A DNA stretch of 64,000 nt, from positions 992,001-1,056,000 of the forward strand of contig OZ218954.1 in assembly GCA_965112735.1 (NCBI GenBank), written 5' to 3'. This stretch comes from Phaeosaccion multiseriatum. Lineage: Eukaryota > Protista > Ochrophyta, other classes. Below the pieces are notes generated by a model. That model worked only from the letters and a program-made list of their open reading frames with translations, had not been told where the DNA came from and did no database searches. Below, in pieces: positions 1 through 12,659 of the stretch (position 1 is its first letter; each line of letters opens with the position of its first letter). Position numbers and translations under genes: made by a program.

Positions 1-194
1 AGAGGAGGAGCAGGGAGTGAGGAGGTGAGGAGGGGGGGGGGAGGTGAGGCATACACACATGATGCCATATGAAGTTTTGTCTCTACATACACACATACAT
101 ACACACCCTCTCTCCCTCATTCTCTCTCTCTCTGCCTGCCTGCCTGTCTGTCTGTCTCTCTCTCTCTGCCTGTCTGTCTGTCTGTCTCTCTTTC

Positions 195-225
<31 letters not shown>

Positions 226-228
226 TAC

Positions 229-2091
229 CCGCGTCGCTGGGGTAGAGACCGCAGAACACCATTGGCTTGGCCTCTTGGTAGCCATCCAGTGGTTCCGGCC
301 ACTTCTGTCCCTTTTCCTGCCTGAAGAAGCAACAGGGTAAGGGTGAGGGTCGGGGTGAGAGTTAGGATTAGGATCGGGGTGGGAGTGAGGGTGAGAGAGT
401 GCAAGTGAGGGCCAGGGGTACCCGGTGAGGGTGAGGGTGAGGGGCAAAGTCAGGGTCCCATGGCAGGGGTGAGCGCTAGGATCAGGGCGACGGGATATAC
501 TGACTAAAGGATATCAACACCAGAATCGTGTAGTTGTGTGTGTGTGTGTGTGTGTGTTCAGTTAGGACCAGCGTCAACCGGGGCACGGTGAGGGTTGCGA
601 GAAGGGTGAGGACCACCAGAGTCAGGCTTATGATACCTGGCCAGGGTGATGGTGTCACCTACGCGTGCGTCTCCAACGTCCTTAATGCTGGCGCAGAGGT
701 AGCCCACCTCGCCTGTGTTGAGCTCGTTCACCTCCACCACCGCGGGGTTTCTGTAACCGACTTCGGTCACATCGTATTCCTTCTTGCTCTGCATGAAGTG
801 CACCTTATCGCCCTTTTTGACGGACCCGTCGATGATGCGAAAGTACACAATGACACCCTTGTACTCGTCGTAGAAGCTGCAGAGAGAGGGAGGGAGGGAG
901 GGAGGGGGGCAAACAAGTGAGAGAAGCAACGCAGACAGGCATGCATCCGAGTGGGGCGGCAAAGGAAGCGTGGTGAGACGCGCACCAGCCGCATCCTTCC
1001 CTCCCTCCCCCCCTCCAGCCATCCGCTGTGTTGGAAAGAAAGCAGAGGCAGAAGCCGCAAGTAGTAGTAGTAGTAGTAGTAGAAGGAGGAGTAAAGAAGA
1101 GTAGAGAAGAGGAGGACGTAGTAGTAGTAGTAGTAGCAGTAGTAGTAGTAGTAGAGGCAGTAACAAGCAGGAAGCCAATAAACAGTACTCGAGAACCAAC
1201 CCCAACACATACACACACACACACACACACACACCTGTCGTAAATCAAAGCGCGCAGGGGCCCGCCTGTGGCTGCCGCCGGCGGGGGCACGTCCTTCACC
1301 ACCGCCTCCAAAATCTCCTTAATCCCCACCCCCGTCTTGGCAGAGCAGTAGATGGCGTTCGAGCAGTCCAGCCCGATGGTGGCCTCCACCTCTTCGGCCA
1401 CACGGTCGGGGTCGGCGGCGGGCAAGTCAATCTTGTTGATAACTGGGATGAGCTCCAAGTCATTCTCCAGGGCCAGGTAGACGTTGGCCAAGGTCTGTGC
1501 CTCCACCCCCTGGGAGGCGTCCACCACCAACAGGGCGCCCTCACACGCCGCCAGAGAGCGGGACACCTCGTACGAGAAGTCCACATGCCCCGGTGTGTCG
1601 ATGAGGTTGAGTTGGTACACCAGCCCGTCCTCGGCAAGGTATTCCACCCGGGCCGCGTTGAGTTTGATGGTTATACCGCGCTCCCTCTCCAGGTCCATGC
1701 TGTCCATGATCTGCGCCTTCATGTCCCGCTTCGCGACAGTGGAGGTGTCCTCGAGCAGTCGGTCGGCCAGCGTGGACTTGCCGTGGTCGATGTGTGCGAT
1801 GATGCTGAAATTGCGAATGCGCTCCACAGGCCACACCTCTGCCGCGTCCTTGGCCCCCGGCTTGGCCCTGACCCTGGAGCTTCTCCGTGTTGTTATTGAC
1901 CCCACTGCCCCGCCTCCCCCAACCCACGCTCGCCCCCGTCCAGCCCCTCCCAGCCCCCCTGCACGCGTAGCTGCCGCTCCCCTCCCCGAGGTGATGGTAA
2001 AGGCCTGCGTTGGCTGAGGCATGAACCCGGTCGCTAGCACCACCACCGCCACTGCAGACGGCGTCCTCCATCTCCGGCCCATCTCCCTCAT
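229..2091 (-). CDS. lepA: Translation factor LepA/EF4 (GUF1-like), plastid-targeted; spliced, continues past the window start
   Basis: Motifs [79 protein letters not shown]. Exons ~2091-1235, ~877-636 ([10 protein letters not shown]...[10 protein letters not shown]) and ~320-229 ([19 protein letters not shown]), with GT-AG introns. The N-terminal hydrophobic stretch ends in TQA-F, an ASAFAP-like motif. Confidence 0.95.
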
Positions 2092-2262
2092 GTCGAGTGA
2101 GTGAGTCGATCGTCATGAGTGCCAGTTTCATGGCCGAACATACTACGTCGTGGAAACAAAGCTGAAACGGAAACTGAATCCGAAACTGGCAAATCCTTTC
2201 TAAAGCCTTCCGGAGGGAGAGAAGGAAAGGAGGAGACGGCAGGTCATCCCTACTTGTGCTCC
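2092..2262. promoter_or_regulatory. Probable bidirectional promoter (lepA / WW protein)
   Basis: ~170 bp between divergent ATGs, containing repeated GAAAC(T/G)G units. Confidence 0.5.
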
Positions 2263-4481
2263 ATGGCCTCGGCATGGGAGAGATACGAGACTGAGGACGG
2301 AGATGCCTATTACTGGTGCGCAGAGACAGGAGAGAGTGTGTGGGCGCAACAGTACGAACAAGACCAGCTCGTGAGGAAGGAAGTTGGAGAGCTCCACCAG
2401 GATGTGGATGCGCATCCCAGAAAACCTCACCACCAAGTCTCTCCCTATGCCGGGCTCGAGATGCTGGGCCCCCTCACAAGGAACTGGGGGCAGGAGGAGG
2501 GAGCCGGGGCCTCCTCTGTGGGCACGACTCCAACAGCGTGCTCCGAGGAAGGAGAGGAGGAGAGCAAGGGAGACAGCAGGTGCGCGGACGATTGTGAGGA
2601 ATTGTATTTCGATGAACAAGAAGGGAGCGGCGCGGGTGTGGGAGTGACAGTGCCTCCCTCCCCCTTGCTGTGGAGCCCTGATCATCCGCCCGAGCCTCCG
2701 TCTAGTATCCCTACTAGAACGACGAGCAGTGCCCGGAAGACGAGGATGAGCGGTGGGAGTGGGCGAGAGTTTGAGCAGGACAAGAGCAATCGAAGAAGAG
2801 CGAAGGGGGGCAGGGGTGCGGATATCGAAAGCCGGACGTGTTCTTCCTCTTCCTCGAGGACTCGAGACATGACCAGAGGAGGAGGGGGGCAGACAACGAG
2901 GAGAAGAGGAAGAGAGGGAAGAAGAAGGGCGAGCTTGTCCGAGAGCGACAGTAGCGAGAGTGAGAGTGAGAGTGAGCAGAGCGAGAGCGAGAGTGAGAGC
3001 GAGAGTGAGAGCGAGAGTGAGAGCGAGAGCGACAGTGAGAGCGAGAGCGGGAGTGATGCGTACGGATACGAGGAGGAGGAGGACGAGGACGAGGAGAGAA
3101 CACCGAAAGCAGCGGCGGTGGCGGCTCTGGAAGAAGGGCATGTGCCAGAGACGGACGGTCGAAGTCAAAGCCGTCAGCGAGGAGGGGGGGCCAGCAGGGG
3201 CAGCAGCAGATATGTCAAAGGCAAGAGAGGAGCCGTGGTGGTGGGGGGACAGCAGAGGCGTGGGCGGCGAGCGGCCATGGCGGCGATGGCAGTGCACGGG
3301 TTGGGGAGGCGCTGGCTTGCAGGCTCCACCAAAGTCATTACGGACACCGGCGCTCAGGCAGTGACACGCGTCAAGCGCTCCTGGCCGACCATATCCACAA
3401 GTCTTACAACTTGGGGCAAGGTGAGGGAGGTCAGAGGGGTTGGAGGGGTCGGGTGGTTACAAGAGGAGTCAGAGGGAAGACAGGGATAAAGAGGGGTGGG
3501 AGTGGCTGTGGAGCGAGCACGTTGATGTCACGTTAGGGTAACAAGTCTTGTACCGTCGGAAGTTGTCCCTTTACATGAACAACCAGCCTTCCCTACCACC
3601 CTATCTGCTGATTCATTAATCTGGAGCGTGATGTGAGACGACATGCTCTGCTGAACTTTCGTCTCCTGTTAGCTGCTGCTCGCCGCTGGAGAGCGAAAGA
3701 GAGGGAGAGATAGGAGAGGGAGACATGGACATGGACATGGAGATAGAGTGAGAGAGAGAGACCGGGGAAGCCAGAGCGAAAGAGAGAGAGAGACCGAGAC
3801 GTTGGTCACGAGAATGCTCGCGCATTCTGCTTCTCCCCGTCTTGGAAGCCAATGTGATCTGCTGCTGTATCACCAACTGCTCCTAGTTCTCAAGCCCTGC
3901 CCTCGTCCCCTCTCCTACTTCCATACTCCTTCTTTTGTCTTTCTGGCTGTGGATGGGTCACACTTGCAGGTGACCTTCGTAAACCTCTGCACGGTGACGG
4001 GATGGGCCATCGCCACAGGTCAGTGAGTCCGTCAGGCCGCCAACCGGAGACTACGAACTGCCATTCCTTTCGTTGCGACCGGCGCATATAACGCTCACTG
4101 CATCTCTCACCCCCTCCCTTCTCTCCCCGTGACGATCCTCTCGTCCTGTCCCCCTCTACTTCCTCCTCTTCTCTCTTCCTTCTTCCCCTCCTCCACTCCC
4201 TCATCTCCCCAGGCTTCAATGGCATGGCAATCGTGGCGCAGAGCTTTGCCGAGCACCGGGCAAAGTTCCACGAGCAGCGACAGACTCGACATGACACTCT
4301 CCCGCTGCATCACCCTACCCACCGGTGCGGGGGGGCGGAGCAGCAGCAGCACCAGCAGCAGCACCAGCAGCAGGAGGAGGAGGAGGTGGAGGGAGAGGAG
4401 GAGAAAGAGGGAGAGAAGGAGAAGGAGCAGCGCAATGCAGAAGGGGTGTCACCGCCACCACCACCAGGGGTAGTCGTGTAG
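2263..4481 (+). CDS. WW-domain-containing, largely low-complexity protein (3 exons)
   Basis: N-terminal WERYETEDGDAYYWCAETGESVW fits the WW consensus, followed by Ser-Glu repeats. Plausible exons 2263-3420, ~3971-4018 and ~4213-4481 with GT-AG boundaries. Confidence 0.65.
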
Positions 4482-4778
4482 ATTGCAGGACAAGTATAAC
4501 CCAAGATGAACGGATTTAAAATGACTGAATGGAGTCCAATCCGCTCTTGAGGGGACGATAGGAGAATACAAAGGCGAGCGGTTATATATATGGGTATATA
4601 TATTGATCGACCATAGCGGATAGCATGCCGGCTCCGACACAAAATTTTTTTAACGGAGCGTCTCCGAGTCGATGTGGTCAAATTCCATGAAACGGAAACT
4701 CACAATCCCCCCCCCCCCTCTAGCTTCCCCTGATTCCCCAGTTCTCAGTCCTTGGCCTGGCAGGGACTTCCTCTTGCG

Positions 4779-6743
4779 ATGGGTGTCTTGGAGGAGTTTC
4801 CCATGTATAGGCAGAAGGGGTGTGGAGACAGGTACGGTGGCTATCGTCGACAGAGAGGATTTTTCCCTTTTCCCTCCCCAACCCCCCCTTTTTTTTGGTG
4901 ATTGCACTGCCCCATCCCGGAGCAGCCAGGTGCCCTTCCTCGAGTTTGTGCTCGTCTTTACGCTCGTCGTCTACTTCTTTGAGACCTATCTCGACCTACG
5001 ACAGGTCAGTAGAAGCGACTTGCCAGGCGAGGGTGGTCTTGAGCTTGTTCAGAGTTGCTAAATCTCTTCCTCTCGCCGTGGACAATCCACAACGCATCCA
5101 TGCAAAATCTTCCCCGATTCGCAGCTGAGGCGGCTGAAGGCAAAGGCACCCCCAGAGGAGCTGTTGAGTGCCATGAAGAAGGTGGACGCGCAAAACACCG
5201 CTGCCTCGCCGGCGGGTGGGAGCTTTCTCGATAAGGTATCGTGCTTTCACTCACGTGGAGCGGTGGTGATCGCCGCCGCTACTCGCTCTAGACTCTTGGA
5301 TGGCATTAAGATCACATGGGCCACCCCCCCGCTGGTTTCTCAGACCTCTACCTTTTCCTCCTCGCTCCCCTACCACCGCTGCCGCTGTATCACCAACTGC
5401 TGCTGCTGAAGACGGTGGCCAAGTTCACCAAGTCGCAGGAGTATGGCGTGGACAAGGCCACTTTTGGGCTCTTTGAGGGCGTCGTGGAACAGATCACGTC
5501 TCTCCTCATCTATCTGGGCGGGGGCATGCCGTGGATGTGGGATGCGTCTGTCACCCTCGCGGGGCGGGTAGGGCTCGACCAAGCCAACGAGATGAGCGTT
5601 TCCTTGCTCTTCCTGGCGCTGGTCACGCTTTGGCAGACCGTGCTGGGCTTGCCCTTTGGCCTCTACCGCACCTTTGTGATTGAGCAGAAGCACGGTTTCA
5701 ACAAGCAGACGTTACGGCTGTACTTGGCCGACAAAGTCAAGGGGCTGGTCCTCACCTTTGTCCTTGGGGGGCCGTGCATATACGCCCTCTTGTATCTGCT
5801 CGAGTGGGGGGGGGAGTACTTCTACCTCTACGTGTGGGGTTTTCTCTTCATCCTGTCGCTGGTGATGATGACGGTGTACCCCGTGCTCATCGCTCCGCTT
5901 TTCAACAAGGTATGCGGCATGGTGCTGCGAGGAGAGAGAGCCTGAGATTGATAGAGAGGTAGAGAGAGAGAGAGACTGATTGAAAGAGAGAGAGAGTGAG
6001 ATAAAGAGAGAGAGATAAAGAGGGAGATTGAAGATGCGCAGGTGGAGAGAAACTGAGAGAGAGGCAGAGGTGGAGAGAGATGGAAAGGGAGAGAGAGATA
6101 GAGAGAAAGGCATACAGAGGCAGAGAATGGGGACACAGGCTACAGACAGCACCAGAAATGGAGAGAGTAGACGGTGCCGTCGGACCTGTTGACCTACGCT
6201 TCCCTCTTGTCCCGTGTCACTTCATCCTAACGACTGCACTTTCCCATCACTCGCGCCTCTCCGTATCTATCCCCCCCTCTTGTTTTTGCTTTGTCCTTCG
6301 CTTTTCCTTGGTGTGATGCTTCTCTCTCTCTGTCTCTCTCTCTCTGTCTCTCTCTCTCTGTCTCTCTGTCTCATGAATCGACCAATCAAGTACACTGCCC
6401 TAGAGGAGGGTGATCTTCGCACGCGTATTGAGTCGCTGGCAGCAAAGGTGAAGTTTCCACTGACCAAGTTGTTTGTGGTGGATGGCAGTAAGCGCAGCGC
6501 ACACAGCAACGCGTACATGTACGGTTTCGGCAAGAACAAGAGGATTGTGTTGTTTGACACACTCATCGAGCAGGTGGAGCCGTTGGAGATTGAGGTGAGT
6601 AGGGACAGGGGTTGAGGCACACGCACGCACGCACACACATACACACGCATGGAGAGATAGAGAGAGGGGGAGAGAGAGGTGCATCCATCATCATCATCAT
6701 CATCATCATCCACATCATCATCCACATCATCATCAACATCATC

Positions 6744-6775
<32 letters not shown>

Positions 6776-6805
6776 CATCACCATCATCATCATACCATCA
6801 AATTC

Positions 6806-6849
<44 letters not shown>

Positions 6850-6917
6850 CAACATCATCATCATCATCATCATCACCATCATCATCATACCATCAAATTC
6901 ATCATCATCATCACCCA

Positions 6918-6964
<47 letters not shown>

Positions 6965-7909
6965 CCACCACCACCAATATCGTCGCCGTCATCCTAACTC
7001 TCCATCCTCACTATCAATATGTCCCACCTCCCTTCACGTCGTCCAACATCCACCCCACCCAGGCAATATTGGGTCACGAATTGGGCCACTGGAAGATGAA
7101 GCACACCGTCCAGGGCTTCATGATCACACAAGTGTACGTGTTGGTGATGTTTGCCTCGTTCGGCATGGCCCGCCATTTGGAGGCCGACATTCTGCGGTCG
7201 TTCGGCTTTTCAGATCAGTCCAGACTAATCGGTCTCACGCTTTTCTTCACGGTGAGTGAGTGGAGTCTACCGTTTCAGTTTCAGTTACACTTTTTCAGTT
7301 TCAGTGAAGTAACCGTGATTCTGAGATAGATGGGACAGGAAGGGACGGAGAGGAGTGGTGGTGGTGGGAGGGGGGGGGCTTCATTGCTCCTTTGCTTCAT
7401 TGATTCATTCCCCTCGACCTGCGTCGCTCTCAAACAGAATGAACGAACTAGCACTAAACTGAACTGAGACTGAGCTGAGCTCCTCCTTCCTTCCTCCCTC
7501 TTCCCCCCCCCCCCGCCTTCGTACCTACCTACCAACCTCCCTTCTTCTACCCACCTACCTACGTATCTATCTACCTACCTACCTCCCTCACTCACTCCCT
7601 CCCTGCCTGCTACTCAAACGTCGGTCGATGAAACCAAAACAGGTGCTGTGGGCGCCTGTGGAGCAAGTGCTCGGCTTCCTCATGAACATGCTCAGCAGGA
7701 GGAACGAGTTTCAAGCAGACAAGTATGCCACGGACTTAGGCTATGCATCTCCTCTTCAGCTAGGATTGGTCAAGCTCCAGTTGGAGAATATGGGAAACAT
7801 GAACCCTGACCCTCTGTACTCTTCTTATCACTACAGCCACCCGCCCTTGGTGGAGAGACTGCGGGCGATTAGTGACCTCGCCGCCGCCGGACGAGCAAAG
7901 AAGGACTGA
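4779..7909 (+). CDS. STE24: CAAX prenyl protease 1 (peptidase M48A zinc metalloprotease), ~7 exons
   Basis: Motifs TFVIEQKHGFNKQT, PVLIAPLFNK, LFVVDGSKRSAHSNAYMYGFGKNKRIVLFDTL, zinc motif HELGH, SRRNEFQAD and YHYSHPPLVERL. The start codon at 4779 is inferred. Confidence 0.95.
6685..6975. repeat. (CAT)n microsatellite in a STE24 intron
   Basis: Directly visible. Confidence 0.97.
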
Positions 7910-8142
7910 GAGGAAGGGCTAGGCTCCAATGTCGATATCGATTCCCTGTATCGATCATTAGATCATTAGTGGCTCTGGCGGTTCAGCTCAAGTTCATGTT
8001 GAAAATAGACCTAAACCAAGACTAAAGGGTTTAATGCACAGAAACTCAAACTGCATACGAGTAAGCTTACCAGGTGGATACGTGTACAATACAGAGAATA
8101 GGGCAGTCAATGGGCCAAGGGTCTCGTTAACCGTAGTTGTCC

Positions 8143-10750
8143 TTACATCTCATCATCATCATCATCAGACTCATCAGACTTCGCGTGGCCCAGGCCAGCA
8201 GCCGTAGCAGTTGGTGATACAGTAGTAGTAGCAGCAGTCGCGGTAGTTCTTCCTCTGCCCTCCTCCTCCCTCTCCTCCCCAGAGCAGCGGCCTCCCCCCA
8301 GTACGTGCACCACTCTCTGGAACACGTGGGCCGTCCCTGCCGTCACTGTATCACCAACTGCTGCATCAGCAACTCCTTCCTCACCAAGTGCCCTCCTTGC
8401 AGCAAAAATGCTAGAGTCTGCAGCTCGAGCTTCAGCTTCATCGCCTCCTCCCCCTCCTATATCACCAACTGCTCTATGGCGAGACCTCTTCCGCTGCTGG
8501 ACGAACCACGCCTCCTTGGTCTTGGAGAGCTGACGCAGAGATGCTGCCCCTTCCGCCTCTCCAGTGTGCCACAGCTGCCATCTCATCGCCGGAGGCTCTC
8601 CCTGTATCACCAACTGCTGCTGCTGCTGCGGGATAGTGTTGGAAAGCCCTCCGTGTATCGATGGGATGATTCTGCAAGGTGGTACCCACTTTCCTCCCAC
8701 AAAGAGCCCCTCTTTCGACCCCTTAGACCGCGCCCCTGACCCATACATTACCCCTTTCCCTGACCCATGCAATACCCCTGCCCCTGACCCATGCAATACC
8801 CCTGCCCCTGACCCATGCAATACCCCTGCCCCTGACCCATGCAATACCCCTGCCCCTCCCCCTTCCCCTTCTCCATTCCCTGACCATGCCCCAGCCTGGC
8901 CTTCGTCAAGCAAAAGCCGAAGAGCATCCTCTGTTGCGGCAGGCACAAGGCTTGAGGTGACAGCCGTGCTATGACTTACATCGGGGCTGACGTTGACCTC
9001 CAGGAGCCAAGGCCGGTAGTCGTCCGTCAGCATAATGTCCACACCCAACCACTCAAAGCCATTGCCCCGCTTGTCCATGCTCTCTCGCACCGCATGCAGG
9101 GTCTGGAGCACCAACTGTCGAATAGCCGGCAAGATGCGCTGTTCGTACAAGCAAAAACCGATGCCGATGCCACAGTCGTCACCCTCCTCCCCCCTGCCGT
9201 TATTGTTGGCGCTGTCTGCTCGGTCTTGATGTTGTTGTGCCGGTGGGGTGTGTCCTCGACCGCTCACTTCTTCGTGCTTCAGGAAGGCCGCAAAGGTTTC
9301 CGCACTCCACATGTTGCCGGCGAAAGAACTCCACATCGGCCGCTTCTGCTGCTCCGCTTCCCCATCTCCTTCTCCTTCCCTCCCCCCTCCTCCTTCCCTC
9401 CCTTCTCGTCCTCCTCCTGCTGCTCCGACCGCGGCTACTGGTGTATCACCGACCACCCTTGCTGTTGCGGAGGCTCTGGTGTCGCTGTTTCCTCTCTCTT
9501 CCTCATCATGTGTTGAAGCATAATCCTCTTTACTCTCCTTTTGCACTGAGAAGTTGCAAAGATGGACCAATCGATCGTTCAACTAACAGAGAAAGAGAGG
9601 ACGGAGGAGGCAGCGAGGGAGAGGGAGAGAGAGAGGAAGAGAAACAGAGAGAGAGAGAGAGAGAGAATGAGAACGAGGGACCCCCTCCCCCCTCCATACC
9701 TACAAACACACACATACAAATGCACAGACATGCACTTGCGGACACACACCCCACACACTGATCCATACCTCCCCCCCTCCCCCGCCGCCCCGAATACACA
9801 CACCTGATCAGCGGATGTGCTGTACGGCTTGGAGGCGAAGCGAAGGTAGGCCTGACTGAAGCCCCACACCACGAGCGGCGCCACATTCGTCACCAGCACC
9901 CACTGCCTGATGTCAAATTTGCGTCCTCTGATTAGTAACGGTCGAGCGATGTATCGCTGAATAACCACCTAACGTAGACGACCAATTTCAATATGGCGAG
10001 GGGGGCGGGGCGTGGGTGCGTGCATGTGTGTGCGTGCGTGTGCGTGGGTGCGTGCGTGTGTAGCCGGAGTGGTGGTCAGAGTCGAGACGGGGTGGGAGGG
10101 GGGTGGGCGTGAGAGCTTTCTTGGCTTGGGTGTACAGACACCTCCTCTCCTATGAGACAGAGATAGACAGAGCACCTTCCCACCCCATCCCATCCACTGC
10201 CATCCCCCCACCCCATCCGCACTCTCCTGATCCTCCCACCTTGTACTGAAGCTTGGCAGCGGCTCGCACTAGCTCAACCAAGTCTCCAAAGACTTGCACA
10301 CCCTCGCCACAAGAGGCGGCGGCAGGCTTGAGTATGTACAGGTTGTTGTTGTTGTTGTTCGGGTTCTTGCCAGCCGTGGCCCTCCCTCTTCCTCCTCCTC
10401 CTCCTCCTCCTCCTCCTCCTCCTCCTCCTCCTCCTCCTTCTGCTGCTGTATCACCAACTGCTGCTCCTCCCCAAAGGGGGTCGATTTGGATGCACTCCTC
10501 CACGAGACGGGCGGCTCGAGCCTTCTCCCCCTGTCCGGGCTCCCACTGTTGCCGCTGATCCTGTACCACCAACTGCTGCTGCTGCTGCTGCTGCTGGTGA
10601 TACCGAACAATGGTCACCCAATCTTCGCTGAACACCTACAGATGGCAAAAACGTACGCCCAACACGCACGGATGGTGAGCACACCTTTCTCTGCCCGTCA
10701 CACGTCAGCACCACGTGCTGGAGCGACTTCCCTGTGCCCCAAACTTGCCA

Positions 10751-10806
<56 letters not shown>

Positions 10807-10858
10807 CACACGCACGCCCATGCGCACACACACACACGCACACACACACAGACAGACA

Positions 10859-10916
<58 letters not shown>

Positions 10917-12533
10917 CACGGTAAACCTCCGACGGGGTAGGTCAAGAAACTGAAACTGAAGCGCAACAAAACTGAAACTGAAAACTGACCTCAGCAACAC
11001 GCCCATCGAAGTCCTTATTGCACCACTTTCGCCTCTGACGGTTGTTAATCTCTTCGTTATCTGTGGGCTGGCAAGTGGGGGGGGTGGTGGTGCGGCTGCT
11101 GGGCTGAGGGCCTTCCTCAGAGTGGCAATCGACGAGCCGCTGTAGGATCCGTTGAGCAGCCTGGGAGGGAGGGAGTGAGGAAGGTGGAGATGTACATGGG
11201 AGGGGAAGGGGAGTGGGGGGGCGAGAACAAGAAGGGGGGGGGGGGGGGGGGGCATGGACGCGTTTCTGTTCCGCCTTTGTGTGTAGGAAGAGCCGAAAAG
11301 CCCTCCGGAGAGGAAGACAGGGAGGAAGGGACGGTCTGCCCGCCCCCATGGTCGAGAGGAGCTTCACATAGCTTGGCATATGCACTTGCTGACTCACTGA
11401 GTGCCATGCACGTGCACACGCACACACGCCACACATGCACTCACCTCCCAAGCCCTCCGCCGTGAGCCTCCTGCTACTACTGCTGTTGGTGCTACAACCG
11501 ATGGTGGATCGCCGAATACGGCCGAGGGTGTTGGCGTGAGGAGAGCAATGGCAGCACCCACAGCGAAGTGCTCGAGAAAGGCGTGGGCTGAGGATGTGTC
11601 GAGGTTCCACGTAGGGGGCGAGAAGTCGGAGGGACGAACCTCCAAGTCTGCTGATCGGCCATCTCTTCGTTTCTCTGCTCGCCCCTCTGCTCTGTTCTCT
11701 GACGTGGAGGAACAAGAAAGAGCTTCTCTGTTGCCGCTGCTGCTGGCCTCTGGGTCATGGCAGGAGGATGAGGTGTGACCAGGCCAAGGCCTCGCTCTCC
11801 TCCGGCTCCCTATCGCACCTCTCTTGCTACCGTTGCGGTTGCTGTGGTAGAGGTAGTAGTCCAGGTGCTTACATAGGTACGCCTTATTGCTGAGCTGCTG
11901 CGCGTTGAGCAGATGATTGACGTAGACCACTGTTGCCTCCTCCTCCTCCTCCTCCTCCTCCTCCTCCGCATCGTCTCCTTGTCTTCTCCCTCCTCCACCT
12001 CCTCCTCCTCCTCCTTCTTCCCGGTCCATCTCACTCCTACCATGTCTAGGCGCATGGGTACTCCTCTTGCTGTTGTGCTGCTCCTTTCGGGCCAGACGAG
12101 AGTTGTCTTTACAGCTCGCACACGCACACGAGCAGCACTGACCATGTTGCGGCTGTCGCGGACTCTGATGCGCAGCTCTGCGACTCAGCAAACCGTTGAA
12201 CCCTTTGAAGAGTGTAATTACGTCCACCAAGTTACGCCATACAAGGACTTGTCTCCCTTTTCTGCTCCTACCATCATTGCTCGGTCCCCTCCTCATAGAC
12301 GTAGAACACTCAGCGGTGGGTTCTCGTCTCCATCCCCTCTTTTGCAAATGGTGGATCACATCTGAAAATTTCTCCTCGGCGAAGAAGACACGATCTAAGC
12401 AGCGACCGCCGCAGCATAGGCCCTCCTCCTCTGTCTCCTCTCCTCCTCCTCTCTCTATTACTCCCGCTCCCAACATCGCTTTGCTGCTGTAGTTTTGGAT
12501 ATCTGTTTTGGAAGGAGGTGAAGAAGGGGACAT
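8143..12533 (-). CDS. Tubulin-tyrosine-ligase-like protein, probably glycylase (TTLL3/8) subfamily
   Basis: TTL/ATP-grasp motifs [63 protein letters not shown] and [25 protein letters not shown] over several exons. The subfamily call is from motif resemblance only. Confidence 0.85.
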
Positions 12534-12659
12534 GGCGACATGGGATCGATGGCGCCAAGCTCATTCGTTGACTTATTCCTTCGCCTCAAGCCTTCTTTCT
12601 CTCTCCGCTTTTTTTGTACCCTTTTAATTGTAGGGGCCTTCGCCACTGTCACAACGAAG

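Noticed and set aside
3865-3880. TATCACC core resembles the phage lambda operator half-site
   Set aside because: It is only a 7-bp coincidence, lacks the operator dyad structure, and has no phage context.
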